Position numbers and translations under genes: made by a program
In this document: piece after piece, positions 25,148 to 34,346 of the stretch
How positions within the stretch are numbered: position 1 is the first letter of the stretch
How the letters are laid out: the number at the start of each line of letters is the position of its first letter
NCBI GenBank assembly: GCA_016219275.1
Contig: JACRBM010000033.1
Coordinates: 50,843-114,842, forward strand
Reading direction: 5' to 3'
DNA from: Chloroflexota bacterium
GTDB lineage: Bacteria; Chloroflexota; Anaerolineae; UBA4142
Length of the DNA stretch: 64,000 bases
Notes under the pieces: model-generated
Databases searched by the model: none
Told to the model about the DNA's origin: nothing
What the model saw: only the letters and a program-made list of their open reading frames with translations

Positions 25148-27081
25148 TTCACTAGCACGCTCCCCGCGTCCACCCACTCGACCGAGATGCCGGTCGCCGC
25201 GAATTCCGCCGTTCCGATTTGCAACCGATGTGCGCCGCGCTTCAAGTACGATGGAATCACCAAATCGTACTCTTCGACAATGACACCATCACGCGGCACG
25301 CGATTTTCGCGCACATAGCGCGCGAGATTCCCAAATCCCAGGTCGTGCGTTTCGAGCGTCGTCCCGTCCACGCGCGTCGAAATCACGTACGCGCGCGGTT
25401 GCGTGATGCGCCAGTACGTTTTGAGATGCACACGCGGGCGCGGCGCATCGTCCACGCGCGTCATATCATATCCGAGAAAGACCAATCCGCCAAAATCGTG
25501 ATTTACTCGCGATGGCGGTTCTGCGTCCGCGACGATCAACGCGGGCGGCGTCGCGCTCGCGCGATACAAGGTCAGGTCGCGTCCATCGCCGATCAGAACT
25601 GGGATGTACCACGCGTCGAGCGGCAAGAGCTCACGTGGCGGCGCAAAGATACCACCCTGGACTTGACCATTCTCGACGCGCACCGTCGTGTACAGCGGCG
25701 CATCGCGTTGCGGCAGAGGAATGTTGCGCGCGACCGGGAGCGTCACATCGGGACGCACGTTGTAAATCGCTTGCCAGAAAAACGCATCGTACGCGAACAC
25801 CGCACGCCGACCGACGAGCACACTGTCGCGCGGCAACATCGCGTACACGTTCTGATAGAAATCGGGAATGATCGTATCGGTTGCGCGATTGTTCACACGG
25901 AAATTAATCGCGGTGAGCGATGCAAGCGGCACGGCGAGAAAAATCACACACGCAACGATCAACGCGAACGAACGCGCGCGCGGTGAGAAACGCCATCGCG
26001 TCAACAACGCGCCGAACCAGTCGCCGAGTTGTTGCGCGCCAAACGCGACGAAAATCGCAAAGACAAAATGCGCGGGAATGAAAAATACGTCGAGATCGAA
26101 AACTTTGTACTGCGTAAAGAACCAGACGTTGACGAACCACATTCCGATGAAAAGCCAGAAATGTCTGGGCAGACGAAACAACAACACCCACATGCCGAGA
26201 ATACCCAGCGCGAATCCGACCGGCGTGAGATTGGCGATCGCATATCCAACGTAAATAACGATGCGGTCCGGCATCGCGGTAAGCGGAAACGCGAATCGTA
26301 AGTTGGTGAACGCACCGAGCGTGTACACATAGAAACCGACGGGTGTGTTGAGCGGATAACGCGTCAGCAACGGCTCGGTGATCGTCGCGGCTTGGAGCGG
26401 AATCCAAGCGTACTGCGCGACGCCGATCATAAACGCGACGAACGCGCTGAGAATCGTCAGCGGTCGTTTGAGGATACGCCAATCGGTGAGAAAGACGAAG
26501 AGCGCGAATGCCGGCGCGAATCCCAGGTTGCTCAAGTGCATGCCGAGCGACAAGCCGAAGACGAGCGCGAATGCAATGAACCAGAAACCCCTCCCGCCCC
26601 CTCCCCTTGACAAGGGGAGGGCTGGGGTGGGGTCCGCCCACTTTAATAACAGCCACACCATCGACGCGATGAAAAAAACGTTCGGCGCGTACACTTCGGT
26701 GATGACCGCTTGCGACCAGAGCGTGGTTGAAACGCCAAAGAGCAGTGCGGACAATGCGGCAATCACGCGCGACAATTCGACGTGACGCATGATGAGATAC
26801 AAAATCGCGACGCCCGCCGCCGCGAGCGTCGCGGACATCAAGTTCGTGCGATGCGCGACATCGCCGATTGGGACGAACGTAAAGAGTTTGCCGAGCCAGG
26901 TAAAGAGTGGATAACCGGGAGGATGCGCCAAGCCGAGCGTCGCCGCGATAGTCGTGAGTTCATTGCCATCGGGACTCGCGTACGACAAACTCGGTGTGAG
27001 CGTCGCGTTGTAAAGCGAGAGACAAATCGCGAAAATAAAAAACGCGATGAGTGGATCGAGCCAACGGGATTGCGGTTTCAT
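25144..27081 (-). CDS. DUF2723-type polytopic glycosyltransferase-like membrane protein (paralog 1)
   Basis: N-terminal YNATLTPSLSYASPDGNELTTIAATLGLAHPPGYPLFTWLGKLF, more than 10 TM segments, and a C-terminal beta-sandwich module. ATG 27081 preferred. Confidence 0.8.
   Translation of the reverse strand: MKPQSRWLDPLIAFFIFAICLSLYNATLTPSLSYASPDGNELTTIAATLGLAHPPGYPLFTWLGKLFTFVPIGDVAHRTNLMSATLAAAGVAILYLIMRHVELSRVIAALSALLFGVSTTLWSQAVITEVYAPNVFFIASMVWLLLKWADPTPALPLSRGGGGRGFWFIAFALVFGLSLGMHLSNLGFAPAFALFVFLTDWRILKRPLTILSAFVAFMIGVAQYAWIPLQAATITEPLLTRYPLNTPVGFYVYTLGAFTNLRFAFPLTAMPDRIVIYVGYAIANLTPVGFALGILGMWVLLFRLPRHFWLFIGMWFVNVWFFTQYKVFDLDVFFIPAHFVFAIFVAFGAQQLGDWFGALLTRWRFSPRARSFALIVACVIFLAVPLASLTAINFRVNNRATDTIIPDFYQNVYAMLPRDSVLVGRRAVFAYDAFFWQAIYNVRPDVTLPVARNIPLPQRDAPLYTTVRVENGQVQGGIFAPPRELLPLDAWYIPVLIGDGRDLTLYRASATPPALIVADAEPPSRVNHDFGGLVFLGYDMTRVDDAPRPRVHLKTYWRITQPRAYVISTRVDGTTLETHDLGFGNLARYVRENRVPRDGVIVEEYDLVIPSYLKRGAHRLQIGTAEFAATGISVEWVDAGSVLVK
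26588..26633. repeat. GC-rich palindromic element copy E1, in-frame inside a CDS
   Basis: CCCCTCCCGCCCCCTCCCCTTGACAAGGGGAGGGCTGGGGTGGGGT; translated as DPTPALPLSRGGGGRG. Confidence 0.75.
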
Positions 27082-27142
27082 CGCGTTTATTTTCGCGTGC
27101 GCGGTTAAGAGGAAAATGAGCCGCATGTAAACGGCGTGTAAA

Positions 27143-27613
27143 TTACTTGATCACACTCGGCGGCGGCGCGGGCGTGCGGTCACCCAAATCGAAATGGTCT
27201 ACGCGCACACCAGCAGTCTTGAGATACTTCATCGCTAATTCGTCCGGGTAATTGCCAGCATAAATGACATGCACTAGCCCCGCGTTGATAATCATCTTGG
27301 CGCAGACGTGACACGGTTGATGCGTCGTGTAGATCGTGCCGCCCTCGAGCGAAATGCCGTGCAACGCGGCTTGGATGATCGCGTTCTGTTCCGCGTGCAA
27401 AGTACGAACGCAATGCCCGTCTATCACTTCACATCCTTCATCGAGACAATGCGGCAGACCTTTTGGCGCGCCGTTGTAACCGGTTGTCAGGATGCGTTTG
27501 TCCTTGACGATGATTGCTCCAACTTGCGCGCGCAAACATGTCGCGCGACGCGACACGTCGAGCGTGATGTCCATGAAATATTGATCCCAGGAGGGTCGGT
27601 TCATGTCAGTCAT
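27143..27613 (-). CDS. deoxycytidylate (dCMP) deaminase
   Basis: Zinc motifs HAEQNAI and PCHVCAKMI; N-terminal WDQYFM. Confidence 0.9.
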   Translation of the reverse strand: MTDMNRPSWDQYFMDITLDVSRRATCLRAQVGAIIVKDKRILTTGYNGAPKGLPHCLDEGCEVIDGHCVRTLHAEQNAIIQAALHGISLEGGTIYTTHQPCHVCAKMIINAGLVHVIYAGNYPDELAMKYLKTAGVRVDHFDLGDRTPAPPPSVIK

Positions 27614-27653
27614 CAGTGAACAGGTAACTGTTTACTGTTCACTGTTCACTTGG
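27614..27653. repeat. CAGTGAA/CTGTTCA heptamer hairpin filling the whole upp-dCMP deaminase spacer
   Basis: CAGTGAA CAGGTAA CTGTTTA CTGTTCA CTGTTCA. CAGTGAACAG pairs with CTGTTCACTG. Confidence 0.75.
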
Positions 27654-28280
27654 TTATCCCGTTCCAAACTGCCGGTCGCCCGCATCGCCCAAGCCGGGAA
27701 CGATGTACGCGTGTTCGTTGAGATGATCGTCCACTGCCGCGAGATAAATCGGCACGTCGGGATGCGCGTCCTGCAATCGCTTGATGCCCTCCGGCGCGCC
27801 GATGAGTCCGACGTACTTGATGCGTTTCGCGCCCCAATTCTTGAGCATCCGCGCCGCTTCGACGGCGGTGCCGCCGGTCGCGAGCATTGGATCGAGAATC
27901 ACGCACACGTCCACCGTTGGCGCGACCGGGAGTTTATTATAGTAGCGCACCGGTTCGAACGTCGTGTGATCGCGATACAAACCCAGGTGCCACACTTCGG
28001 CGGCAGGCATCATTTCCCAGAAACCTTCGACCATGCCCAATCCCGCGCGCAGAATCGGCACGAGACCGATCATCTCCTTGAGTTCAAATCCCTGGGTTTG
28101 CGTCAATGGCGTAGTGACGTTCTTTTCTTGGAGCGCCAAATCCTGGGTTGCTTCGTACGCGAGTAGAATGGAAATCTCGCGGATGAGTTCACGGAATTTT
28201 TTCGGCTCGGTTTTCACATCGCGCAACATCGCGAGTTTGTGGAGCATCAACGGATGATTTGAAACGTGGACGTTGGACAT
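27654..28280 (-). CDS. upp: uracil phosphoribosyltransferase
   Basis: PRPP-binding [13 protein letters not shown]; C-terminal [12 protein letters not shown]; GGAGG RBS. Confidence 0.92.
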   Translation of the reverse strand: MSNVHVSNHPLMLHKLAMLRDVKTEPKKFRELIREISILLAYEATQDLALQEKNVTTPLTQTQGFELKEMIGLVPILRAGLGMVEGFWEMMPAAEVWHLGLYRDHTTFEPVRYYNKLPVAPTVDVCVILDPMLATGGTAVEAARMLKNWGAKRIKYVGLIGAPEGIKRLQDAHPDVPIYLAAVDDHLNEHAYIVPGLGDAGDRQFGTG

Positions 28281-28288
28281 GATTCCTC

Positions 28289-28362
28289 CAGTGAACAGTG
28301 AACAGTGGGGCAGTGAACAGTAGCACTGCCCGGCTGTTCACTGTTTACTGTTCACTGTTTAC
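28289..28362. repeat. long CAGTGAA/TTCACTG heptamer palindrome
   Basis: CAGTGAA CAGTGAA CAGTGGG GCAGTGAACAG ... CTGTTCA CTGTTTA CTGTTCA CTGTTTAC. Overlaps the last codons and the stop of gyrA. Confidence 0.75.
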
Positions 28363-30811
28363 TTTTCTTTTCACTTTCCAGCCGTGCGATACTCGCCACC
28401 GCGTCGCCTTCTTTCAACTTGATGACTTCAGGTTCCTTCGACGTGCGTTTACTCTTGGGCATATTCGCGACGCGCGCGCGCAACACGTGACCATTCGTCG
28501 AGATGATCGTCACGTCGTCTTCTTCGTTGACGACGCGCGCCGCCGCGACGATGCCCGCGCGCGCCGGATCGCGTCCGAGCGTCGAAACGCCCTTGGTGTA
28601 GCGACCCTGGATCGAATAATCTTTGATCGGCGTGCGCTTGCCGTACCCTTTCGTCGTCACAAGAAGCACGAATCCATCCGGCTGAACCTGGTCCATCGAA
28701 GCGACCTTGTCGCCCTCGTTCAACTTGATGCCGTAGACGCCACCCGCCGCGCGACCTTGCACTGGCACGTCTTCCTCTTTGCAACGCAACGCTTGACCTT
28801 GCTCGGTGACAAAGAACAATTCGCCGTCGCCGTGCGTGAGCCGCGCCCAACCCAGCTCGTCGCCGTCCGCAAGGTTCAACGCGGCAACACCGCTCGCGCG
28901 AATCCCGTCGAACTCAGCGAGCGGCGTGCGCTTGACGCGCCCTTGCGCGGTCGCCATCGTCAAGAATTCGGCTTGCGAAAAATCGGAGACCGCGACGGCG
29001 GAGGTAACGCGTTCGTTTTGCTCGAACGAGAGGAAATTGTTGAGTGGCAGACCTTTCGGCTGGCGTTCGACATCCGGCGCTTGATGCGCGCGGAGCGGGT
29101 ACACTTTGCCGCGATTCGTGAACAGCAAGAGCGTGTCGCGCGTGACGGCGGGAATCAAGTACTGCACCGCGTCTTCTTCGCGCGTCTGCACACCCTTGGA
29201 ACCGGTCGCCGTGCGGCGCACCGAAGTCAGCGGCATTCGGCTTATGTAACCGCGTTGCGTCACCGACACGAGCACCGCTTGCTCCTGCACCAGGTCTTCT
29301 TCCTTGAACTCGGTCTGTTGTTCCTCGGTGGTGCCTTCCGAAATGTGCGTGCGCCGCACATCGCCAAAGCGTTTTTTCAAATCGGTTAGTTCTTCGGAAA
29401 TGACGCCCAGGATTTTTTTGGGATGCTTGAGCAAATCTTCGAGGAACTTGATTTGCTTTTTAACTTCGGCAAGTTCATCTTCGATCTTTTTGCGTTCCAA
29501 TGCGGCGAGGCGACGCAGTTGCATATCGAGAATCGCTTGCGCCTGAAGCTCGCTCAACTTGAAACGCTTGATCAAACGTTCCTTCGCCGTGTCTGCATCC
29601 GGCGATTGGCGAATCGTTCGGATAACTTCGTCGAGATGATCGAGCGCGATTTTGAGTCCTTCGAGAATATGCGCGCGCGCTTTGGCTTTTTCGAGATCGA
29701 ATTTGGTGCGGCGCGTGACGACTTCTTGCCGGTGTTGCACGTACAACTGCAACATCCGTTTGAGCGACAAGACCTTCGGCTCGCCTTCGACGAGCGCAAG
29801 CATGTTGATGCTAAACCCAGTTTGCAGCGGCGTGTATTTGAGCAGTTGATTGATGACCGGTTTCGGGTCCGCCCCGCGCTTCAATTCGACGATGATGCCC
29901 ATGCCCTGCCGGTCGGACTCGTCGCGCAAATCGCTAATGTCTTCGATCTTGCGGTCGCGCACGAGATCGGCGATGCGTTCGATGAGCGATGCCTTGTTGA
30001 CCTGGTACGGCAGTTCGGTGATGACGATACGCGATTTGCCGCCGCCCGCTTCTTCTGTGTGAATCTTGCCGCGCACGACGATGCGCCCGTTGCCGGTCGC
30101 GTATGCTTGCTTGATGCCTTCCGCGCCGAGGATGATACCTGCCGTCGGAAAATCGGGACCCTGGACGAATTTCATCAGGTCGTCCATTTCGATGTCTTCA
30201 ATTTTTTCCCAGTTCGCAATCAGGTAATTGATCGCGTCAACGAGTTCGTTCAAATTGTGCGGCGGAATGTTCGTCGCCATGCCGACCGCGATGCCCGCCG
30301 TACCGTTGAGCAACAAGTTGGGAACTTTGGCGGGAAGGACGCGCGGCTCGCGCATCGTGCCATCAAAATTGTCGCTAAAATCCACCGTGTTCCGATCAAT
30401 GTCGAGCAACAGCTCTTCCGCGATTTCGGTGAGGCGCGCTTCGGTGTAACGCATCGCGGCTGGCGGATCGTCGTCTATACTGCCAAAATTTCCTTGTCCG
30501 TCAATCAACGGATAGCGCATCGTAAAATCTTGCGCCATGCGGACGAGCGCATCGTACACGGCTTGGTCGCCGTGCGGGTGATAACGCCCTAGCACATCGC
30601 CGACAATGCGCGCGCATTTTTTATACGCGACATTGTGGCGCAAACCCATCTCGCCCATCGCGTACAGGATGCGCCGTTGCACCGGTTTGAGTCCATCGCG
30701 TACATCGGGCAACGCGCGCGAGGTGATGACACTCATCGCGTAATCCAAGTACGCGTTCTTCATCTCGTGATCAATTTCGATTGGCTTGATGATGCCGAAA
30801 TTTGATGCCAT
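28352..30811 (-). CDS. gyrA: DNA gyrase subunit A
   Basis: [14 protein letters not shown] and the active-site AAMRYTE; C-terminal beta-pinwheel repeats; 819 aa. Confidence 0.97.
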   Translation of the reverse strand: MASNFGIIKPIEIDHEMKNAYLDYAMSVITSRALPDVRDGLKPVQRRILYAMGEMGLRHNVAYKKCARIVGDVLGRYHPHGDQAVYDALVRMAQDFTMRYPLIDGQGNFGSIDDDPPAAMRYTEARLTEIAEELLLDIDRNTVDFSDNFDGTMREPRVLPAKVPNLLLNGTAGIAVGMATNIPPHNLNELVDAINYLIANWEKIEDIEMDDLMKFVQGPDFPTAGIILGAEGIKQAYATGNGRIVVRGKIHTEEAGGGKSRIVITELPYQVNKASLIERIADLVRDRKIEDISDLRDESDRQGMGIIVELKRGADPKPVINQLLKYTPLQTGFSINMLALVEGEPKVLSLKRMLQLYVQHRQEVVTRRTKFDLEKAKARAHILEGLKIALDHLDEVIRTIRQSPDADTAKERLIKRFKLSELQAQAILDMQLRRLAALERKKIEDELAEVKKQIKFLEDLLKHPKKILGVISEELTDLKKRFGDVRRTHISEGTTEEQQTEFKEEDLVQEQAVLVSVTQRGYISRMPLTSVRRTATGSKGVQTREEDAVQYLIPAVTRDTLLLFTNRGKVYPLRAHQAPDVERQPKGLPLNNFLSFEQNERVTSAVAVSDFSQAEFLTMATAQGRVKRTPLAEFDGIRASGVAALNLADGDELGWARLTHGDGELFFVTEQGQALRCKEEDVPVQGRAAGGVYGIKLNEGDKVASMDQVQPDGFVLLVTTKGYGKRTPIKDYSIQGRYTKGVSTLGRDPARAGIVAAARVVNEEDDVTIISTNGHVLRARVANMPKSKRTSKEPEVIKLKEGDAVASIARLESEKKSKQ

Positions 30812-30916
30812 TAAAATATTTCTCCCGGAATTTATCCGCGCTCATTATACTCAATTCCGAACAAAAATGCTATTTCAAAAAACGATGGACTTGTACGCAA
30901 CGAACCATTTGGAATT

Positions 30917-30945
30917 TTGATTTTTTGTCTGAATCTCCGTATACT
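30917..30945 (+). promoter_or_regulatory. sigma70-like promoter for the prpB/prpD-like pair
   Basis: TTGATT (30917-30922), 17 nt, TATACT (30940-30945). Confidence 0.45.
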
Positions 30946-31003
30946 GCATCTCGACTCGCAGCGCGACGCGCAACCATCGCGAACGCGCCAAGGATCGAAA
31001 GAA

Positions 31004-31867
31004 ATGAACCGAACCACTTTCCTCCGCACACTCCTCGCCGAACCAAGTATTTTGATTGCACCCGGCGCGGCGGACGCACTGACCGCGCGCTTGATCGAAG
31101 AAGCTGGGTTTCGCGCGGTGTACGCGACCGGCGCCGGCATCGCGAACGCTCAGTTCGCTCTGCCCGACATCGGCTTGCTGACGATGACGGAAATGATCGC
31201 ACATATTCGCCGCATCGTCGCCGCAACTACCGCGCCGGTAATTGCCGACGCGGACACCGGGTACGGCAACGCGCTCAACGTTCAACGCACGATCCGCGAG
31301 TACGAGCACGCGGGCGTCGCCGCGATTCAACTCGAAGACCAGGTCAGCCCAAAAAAGTGTGGGCATTTTTCCGGCAAGGAAGTGATTCCCGCCGGGGAAA
31401 TGCTTCAGAAAATCCGCGCCGCGCTGGACGCGCGCGCGGATCGCGACCTGGTATTGATCGCGCGCACCGACGCACTGGCGACGCACGGTTATGCCGAAGC
31501 CGTTCGCCGCGCGCAATTGTACGCGCAAGCCGGCGCGGACGTGATCTTTGTCGAAGCGCCCACCGAACCCGAGCTGATCGCGCGTTTACCGCGCGAGATC
31601 AACGCGCCGCTCCTGTTCAACATGACCGAAGGCGCGAAAACACCCATGTTCAGTGCACGCGAGTTGCAAGAGTTTGGCTACAAGCTCGTCATCTATCCAA
31701 ATACACTGTTACGCGTTGCAATGCACTCCATTCAACATTCGCTCGCGATTCTGCGCGACGAAGGATCGAGCGCGTCACTCGTGTCGCGCATGATCGCGTG
31801 GGACGAACGCCAACGCGTCGTGCGACTGAGCGAATTCGAGGAACTCGACAGCAAATTTGCCAAGTGA
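31004..31867 (+). CDS. isocitrate lyase/PEP mutase family enzyme (methylisocitrate lyase-like)
   Basis: ADADTGYGN and EDQVSPKKCGH motifs. ATG 31004 preferred over the extended ORF. Confidence 0.8.
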   Translation: MNRTTFLRTLLAEPSILIAPGAADALTARLIEEAGFRAVYATGAGIANAQFALPDIGLLTMTEMIAHIRRIVAATTAPVIADADTGYGNALNVQRTIREYEHAGVAAIQLEDQVSPKKCGHFSGKEVIPAGEMLQKIRAALDARADRDLVLIARTDALATHGYAEAVRRAQLYAQAGADVIFVEAPTEPELIARLPREINAPLLFNMTEGAKTPMFSARELQEFGYKLVIYPNTLLRVAMHSIQHSLAILRDEGSSASLVSRMIAWDERQRVVRLSEFEELDSKFAK

Positions 31868-31967
31868 ACATTGCGCGCGGAGAATTGTAGAGCAAGTTTC
31901 CAACTTGCCTTGCTTCACAAGATCGGGACCATGAGCAAGTTGGAAACTTGCCCCACAGAGGAGTCAA

Positions 31968-33341
31968 GTGAAAGATCGTTATCAAGACATGTTCGCGACG
32001 TACGCAACAAAAAACCATGCCTTGCCCACTGACACGTTGCACGAGGTCAAACGCCGCATCATTGATTCGTTCGGCGTAATGTGCGCGGCGATCAACGACG
32101 ATTCGCCCACCGTTGCACGCGCGTACGCTGAACAGTATCCGCTGCAAGATGGCACGACTATTTTTGGATCGCGCCTACAAGCCAACCCCGAAGTTGCCGG
32201 GTTTGCGAATGGCGTCGCCGTGCGTTATCTCGATTTCAACGACACGTACCTCTCGCGCGAACCGCTCCATCCGAGCGATTGCATTCCTGCGTTGCTCGCG
32301 CTCGCCGAGTGGAAAAACCTGGGTGGGCGCGCGCTCGCCGAAGCGATTGCGATTTCGTACGAAATCAGCATGAACTTGTGCGACGCGGCAAGCCTGCGCC
32401 AGCATCGCTGGGATCACGTGAATTACATCGGCATCGGCGTCGCGGCAGGCGCGTCGCGTTTGTTGAATCTCACCGCCGAGCAAGCCGCGCACGCGATTTC
32501 CATCGCGATGGTGCCGCACGCGGCGATGCGCCAAACGCGGGCGGGCGAACTCTCGATGTGGAAAGGCGCGGCGGCGGCGAACTCGGCGCGGCATGGCTTG
32601 TTCGGCGCGCTGCTCGCGTCGCGCGGATTGACCGGACCGTTCGAACCGTTCATCGGCGAGATGGGCTTTATTCGCCAAATGCTGGGCGGCAATGCGTTCG
32701 ACGACGCTGCGCTCACGCGCATCGCGCGCGGCGACGCGCCGCATCGCATTTGCGATTCGTACATCAAAAAATATCCGGTCGAATATCACGCGCAAAGCGC
32801 CGTGGATGTCGCGGTGGAATTGCACAACGAAATCGGCAACTGGGAAAACATCGCGCGCGTCGAAATCGAAACGTTCAAGGCGGCGTACGAAATCATCGCG
32901 ATGGATCCGGAGAAATGGAAACCGACGACGCGCGAGACCGCCGATCACAGTTTGCAGTACATTGCGATTGCCGGGCTGATTGACGGTCAAGTAGACGAGT
33001 CTACTTTTTCCCCGGCGCGATTACGCGACGCACGCATTCGCGATCTGCTCGCGCGCACCCAGTTGCGCGAATCCGCGGAACTGACCGCGCGCTATCCGGA
33101 AAGTATTCCGAATCGCATCACGGTGACGATGAAAAACGGCGCGGTCCACTCGCGCGAGGAGCGTTACCCGCGCGGACACGCGGGCAACCCGATGAGCGAC
33201 GATCAAGTCGCCGCCAAATTCAATCGGAACAGCGCGCGCGTGTTCGCGCAGCGCGAGCAGGCGCTCGACCTGGTGTGGCGGCTGGAGCAACTCGATTCGG
33301 TCGCGGAATTGACTCGGCTTTTGCCAAAACAAGCCGACTAG
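31968..33341 (+). CDS. MmgE/PrpD family protein (2-methylcitrate dehydratase-like)
   Basis: GTG 31968 after GAGGAG. Length and overall pattern of the PrpD family. Confidence 0.75.
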   Translation: MKDRYQDMFATYATKNHALPTDTLHEVKRRIIDSFGVMCAAINDDSPTVARAYAEQYPLQDGTTIFGSRLQANPEVAGFANGVAVRYLDFNDTYLSREPLHPSDCIPALLALAEWKNLGGRALAEAIAISYEISMNLCDAASLRQHRWDHVNYIGIGVAAGASRLLNLTAEQAAHAISIAMVPHAAMRQTRAGELSMWKGAAAANSARHGLFGALLASRGLTGPFEPFIGEMGFIRQMLGGNAFDDAALTRIARGDAPHRICDSYIKKYPVEYHAQSAVDVAVELHNEIGNWENIARVEIETFKAAYEIIAMDPEKWKPTTRETADHSLQYIAIAGLIDGQVDESTFSPARLRDARIRDLLARTQLRESAELTARYPESIPNRITVTMKNGAVHSREERYPRGHAGNPMSDDQVAAKFNRNSARVFAQREQALDLVWRLEQLDSVAELTRLLPKQAD

Positions 33342-33342
33342 A

Positions 33343-33377
33343 CAGAAACCAGGTTTCTTGAAGAAACCTGGTTTCTG
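33343..33377. terminator. perfect 17-bp hairpin, AGAAACCAGGTTTCT family, between convergent genes
   Basis: CAGAAACCAGGTTTCTT-G-AAGAAACCTGGTTTCTG. Confidence 0.7.
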
Positions 33378-33385
33378 CATCTCAC

Positions 33386-34147
33386 TTACGTTTTCCGGCT
33401 TGCGACGTGCCGCCGACCATATTTTTTCCACACGATGTAATGCGACAAGCCGAACTTGCGTAGCGACGTTTGCTCCAGCGCGTAGGTCGCCCAACGCAAG
33501 AACCGGGCGAGCAATGCGCTGCGCCGCGCGATTTTGTCGTAGCCGGGAAAAATCTGGGTCTGCAAAAGAAACTCGCCATCGAGTTCGCTAAATAAATCAA
33601 CGATTTCGTTTAGACGATACGCGCGCACATGCGGCGCGAATTTGTTGCGCCACTTGTCAGGCAGCCAACCGATAAACGGAATGTTGCCAAAAACGTACCA
33701 CTTGCCAAAGTATGCGCCGTGCGTTTCAAACGGATACAAGCGATTCGGCGCGAACACGAGCATGCGCCCATTACGTTTCAAAACACGACTCGCTTCGCGG
33801 ATCGTCGCGCGGTCGTCGGCGACGTGCTCGATAACTTCGTGTAAGAGAACAACGTGGAATGTATCGTTGGCGAACGGCAACGCTTCGGACGCCGATGCCG
33901 CGATGTGAATCAATCTTTTTTTGCGGTGCGCGTCCTCTAACTTTTCGATGTCCGAGTCCACACCGAATTCATGCGCGCCGAGACCGCGAAACTTGTCGAG
34001 GTACGTGCCAATACCACAACCGATGTCGAGAATCATCACGCTGGGGAAACGCACAAAGCGGCGCATCAAATCAAGGCGACGATCCTGACCAAAGCGCCAA
34101 ACGTACGAAGGATGACCGAGGGTGATTGCTTTGTCGTCTTGGCTCAC
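33386..34147 (-). CDS. class I SAM-dependent methyltransferase
   Basis: Motif I ILDIGCGIGTY; post-I/II pattern FHVVLLHEVIEHV. Confidence 0.8.
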   Translation of the reverse strand: MSQDDKAITLGHPSYVWRFGQDRRLDLMRRFVRFPSVMILDIGCGIGTYLDKFRGLGAHEFGVDSDIEKLEDAHRKKRLIHIAASASEALPFANDTFHVVLLHEVIEHVADDRATIREASRVLKRNGRMLVFAPNRLYPFETHGAYFGKWYVFGNIPFIGWLPDKWRNKFAPHVRAYRLNEIVDLFSELDGEFLLQTQIFPGYDKIARRSALLARFLRWATYALEQTSLRKFGLSHYIVWKKYGRRHVASRKT

Positions 34148-34286
34148 ACCCTTATCGTATCAAAAAACCAGGGAAAATGCAATAAGACCGCAGACAGCGG
34201 AGCACCGACCGCGGCGTTTACACCGCATGATTCCCGAACAGTCCGCCTGAACTGGGTTCATCAAAGAGTGATAATGGCAATAAGAA

Positions 34287-34320
34287 ACCTTCCAGGTTTT
34301 CGCACAAGCGCCTGGAAGGT
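34287..34320 (-). terminator. hairpin after the DUF4139-like gene
   Basis: ACCTTCCAGG (34287-34296) / CCTGGAAGGT (34311-34320), followed on the minus strand by TTTCTTATT. Confidence 0.55.
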
Positions 34321-34346
34321 CTTGGAATCAAGTCAGCGGTCGTGCA

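Noticed and set aside
30802-31890. 362-aa plus-strand ORF overlapping the PEP mutase/ICL-family gene in another frame.
   Set aside because: It is Arg-rich nonsense. The frame starting at ATG 31004 carries the ADADTGYGN and KKCGH family motifs.
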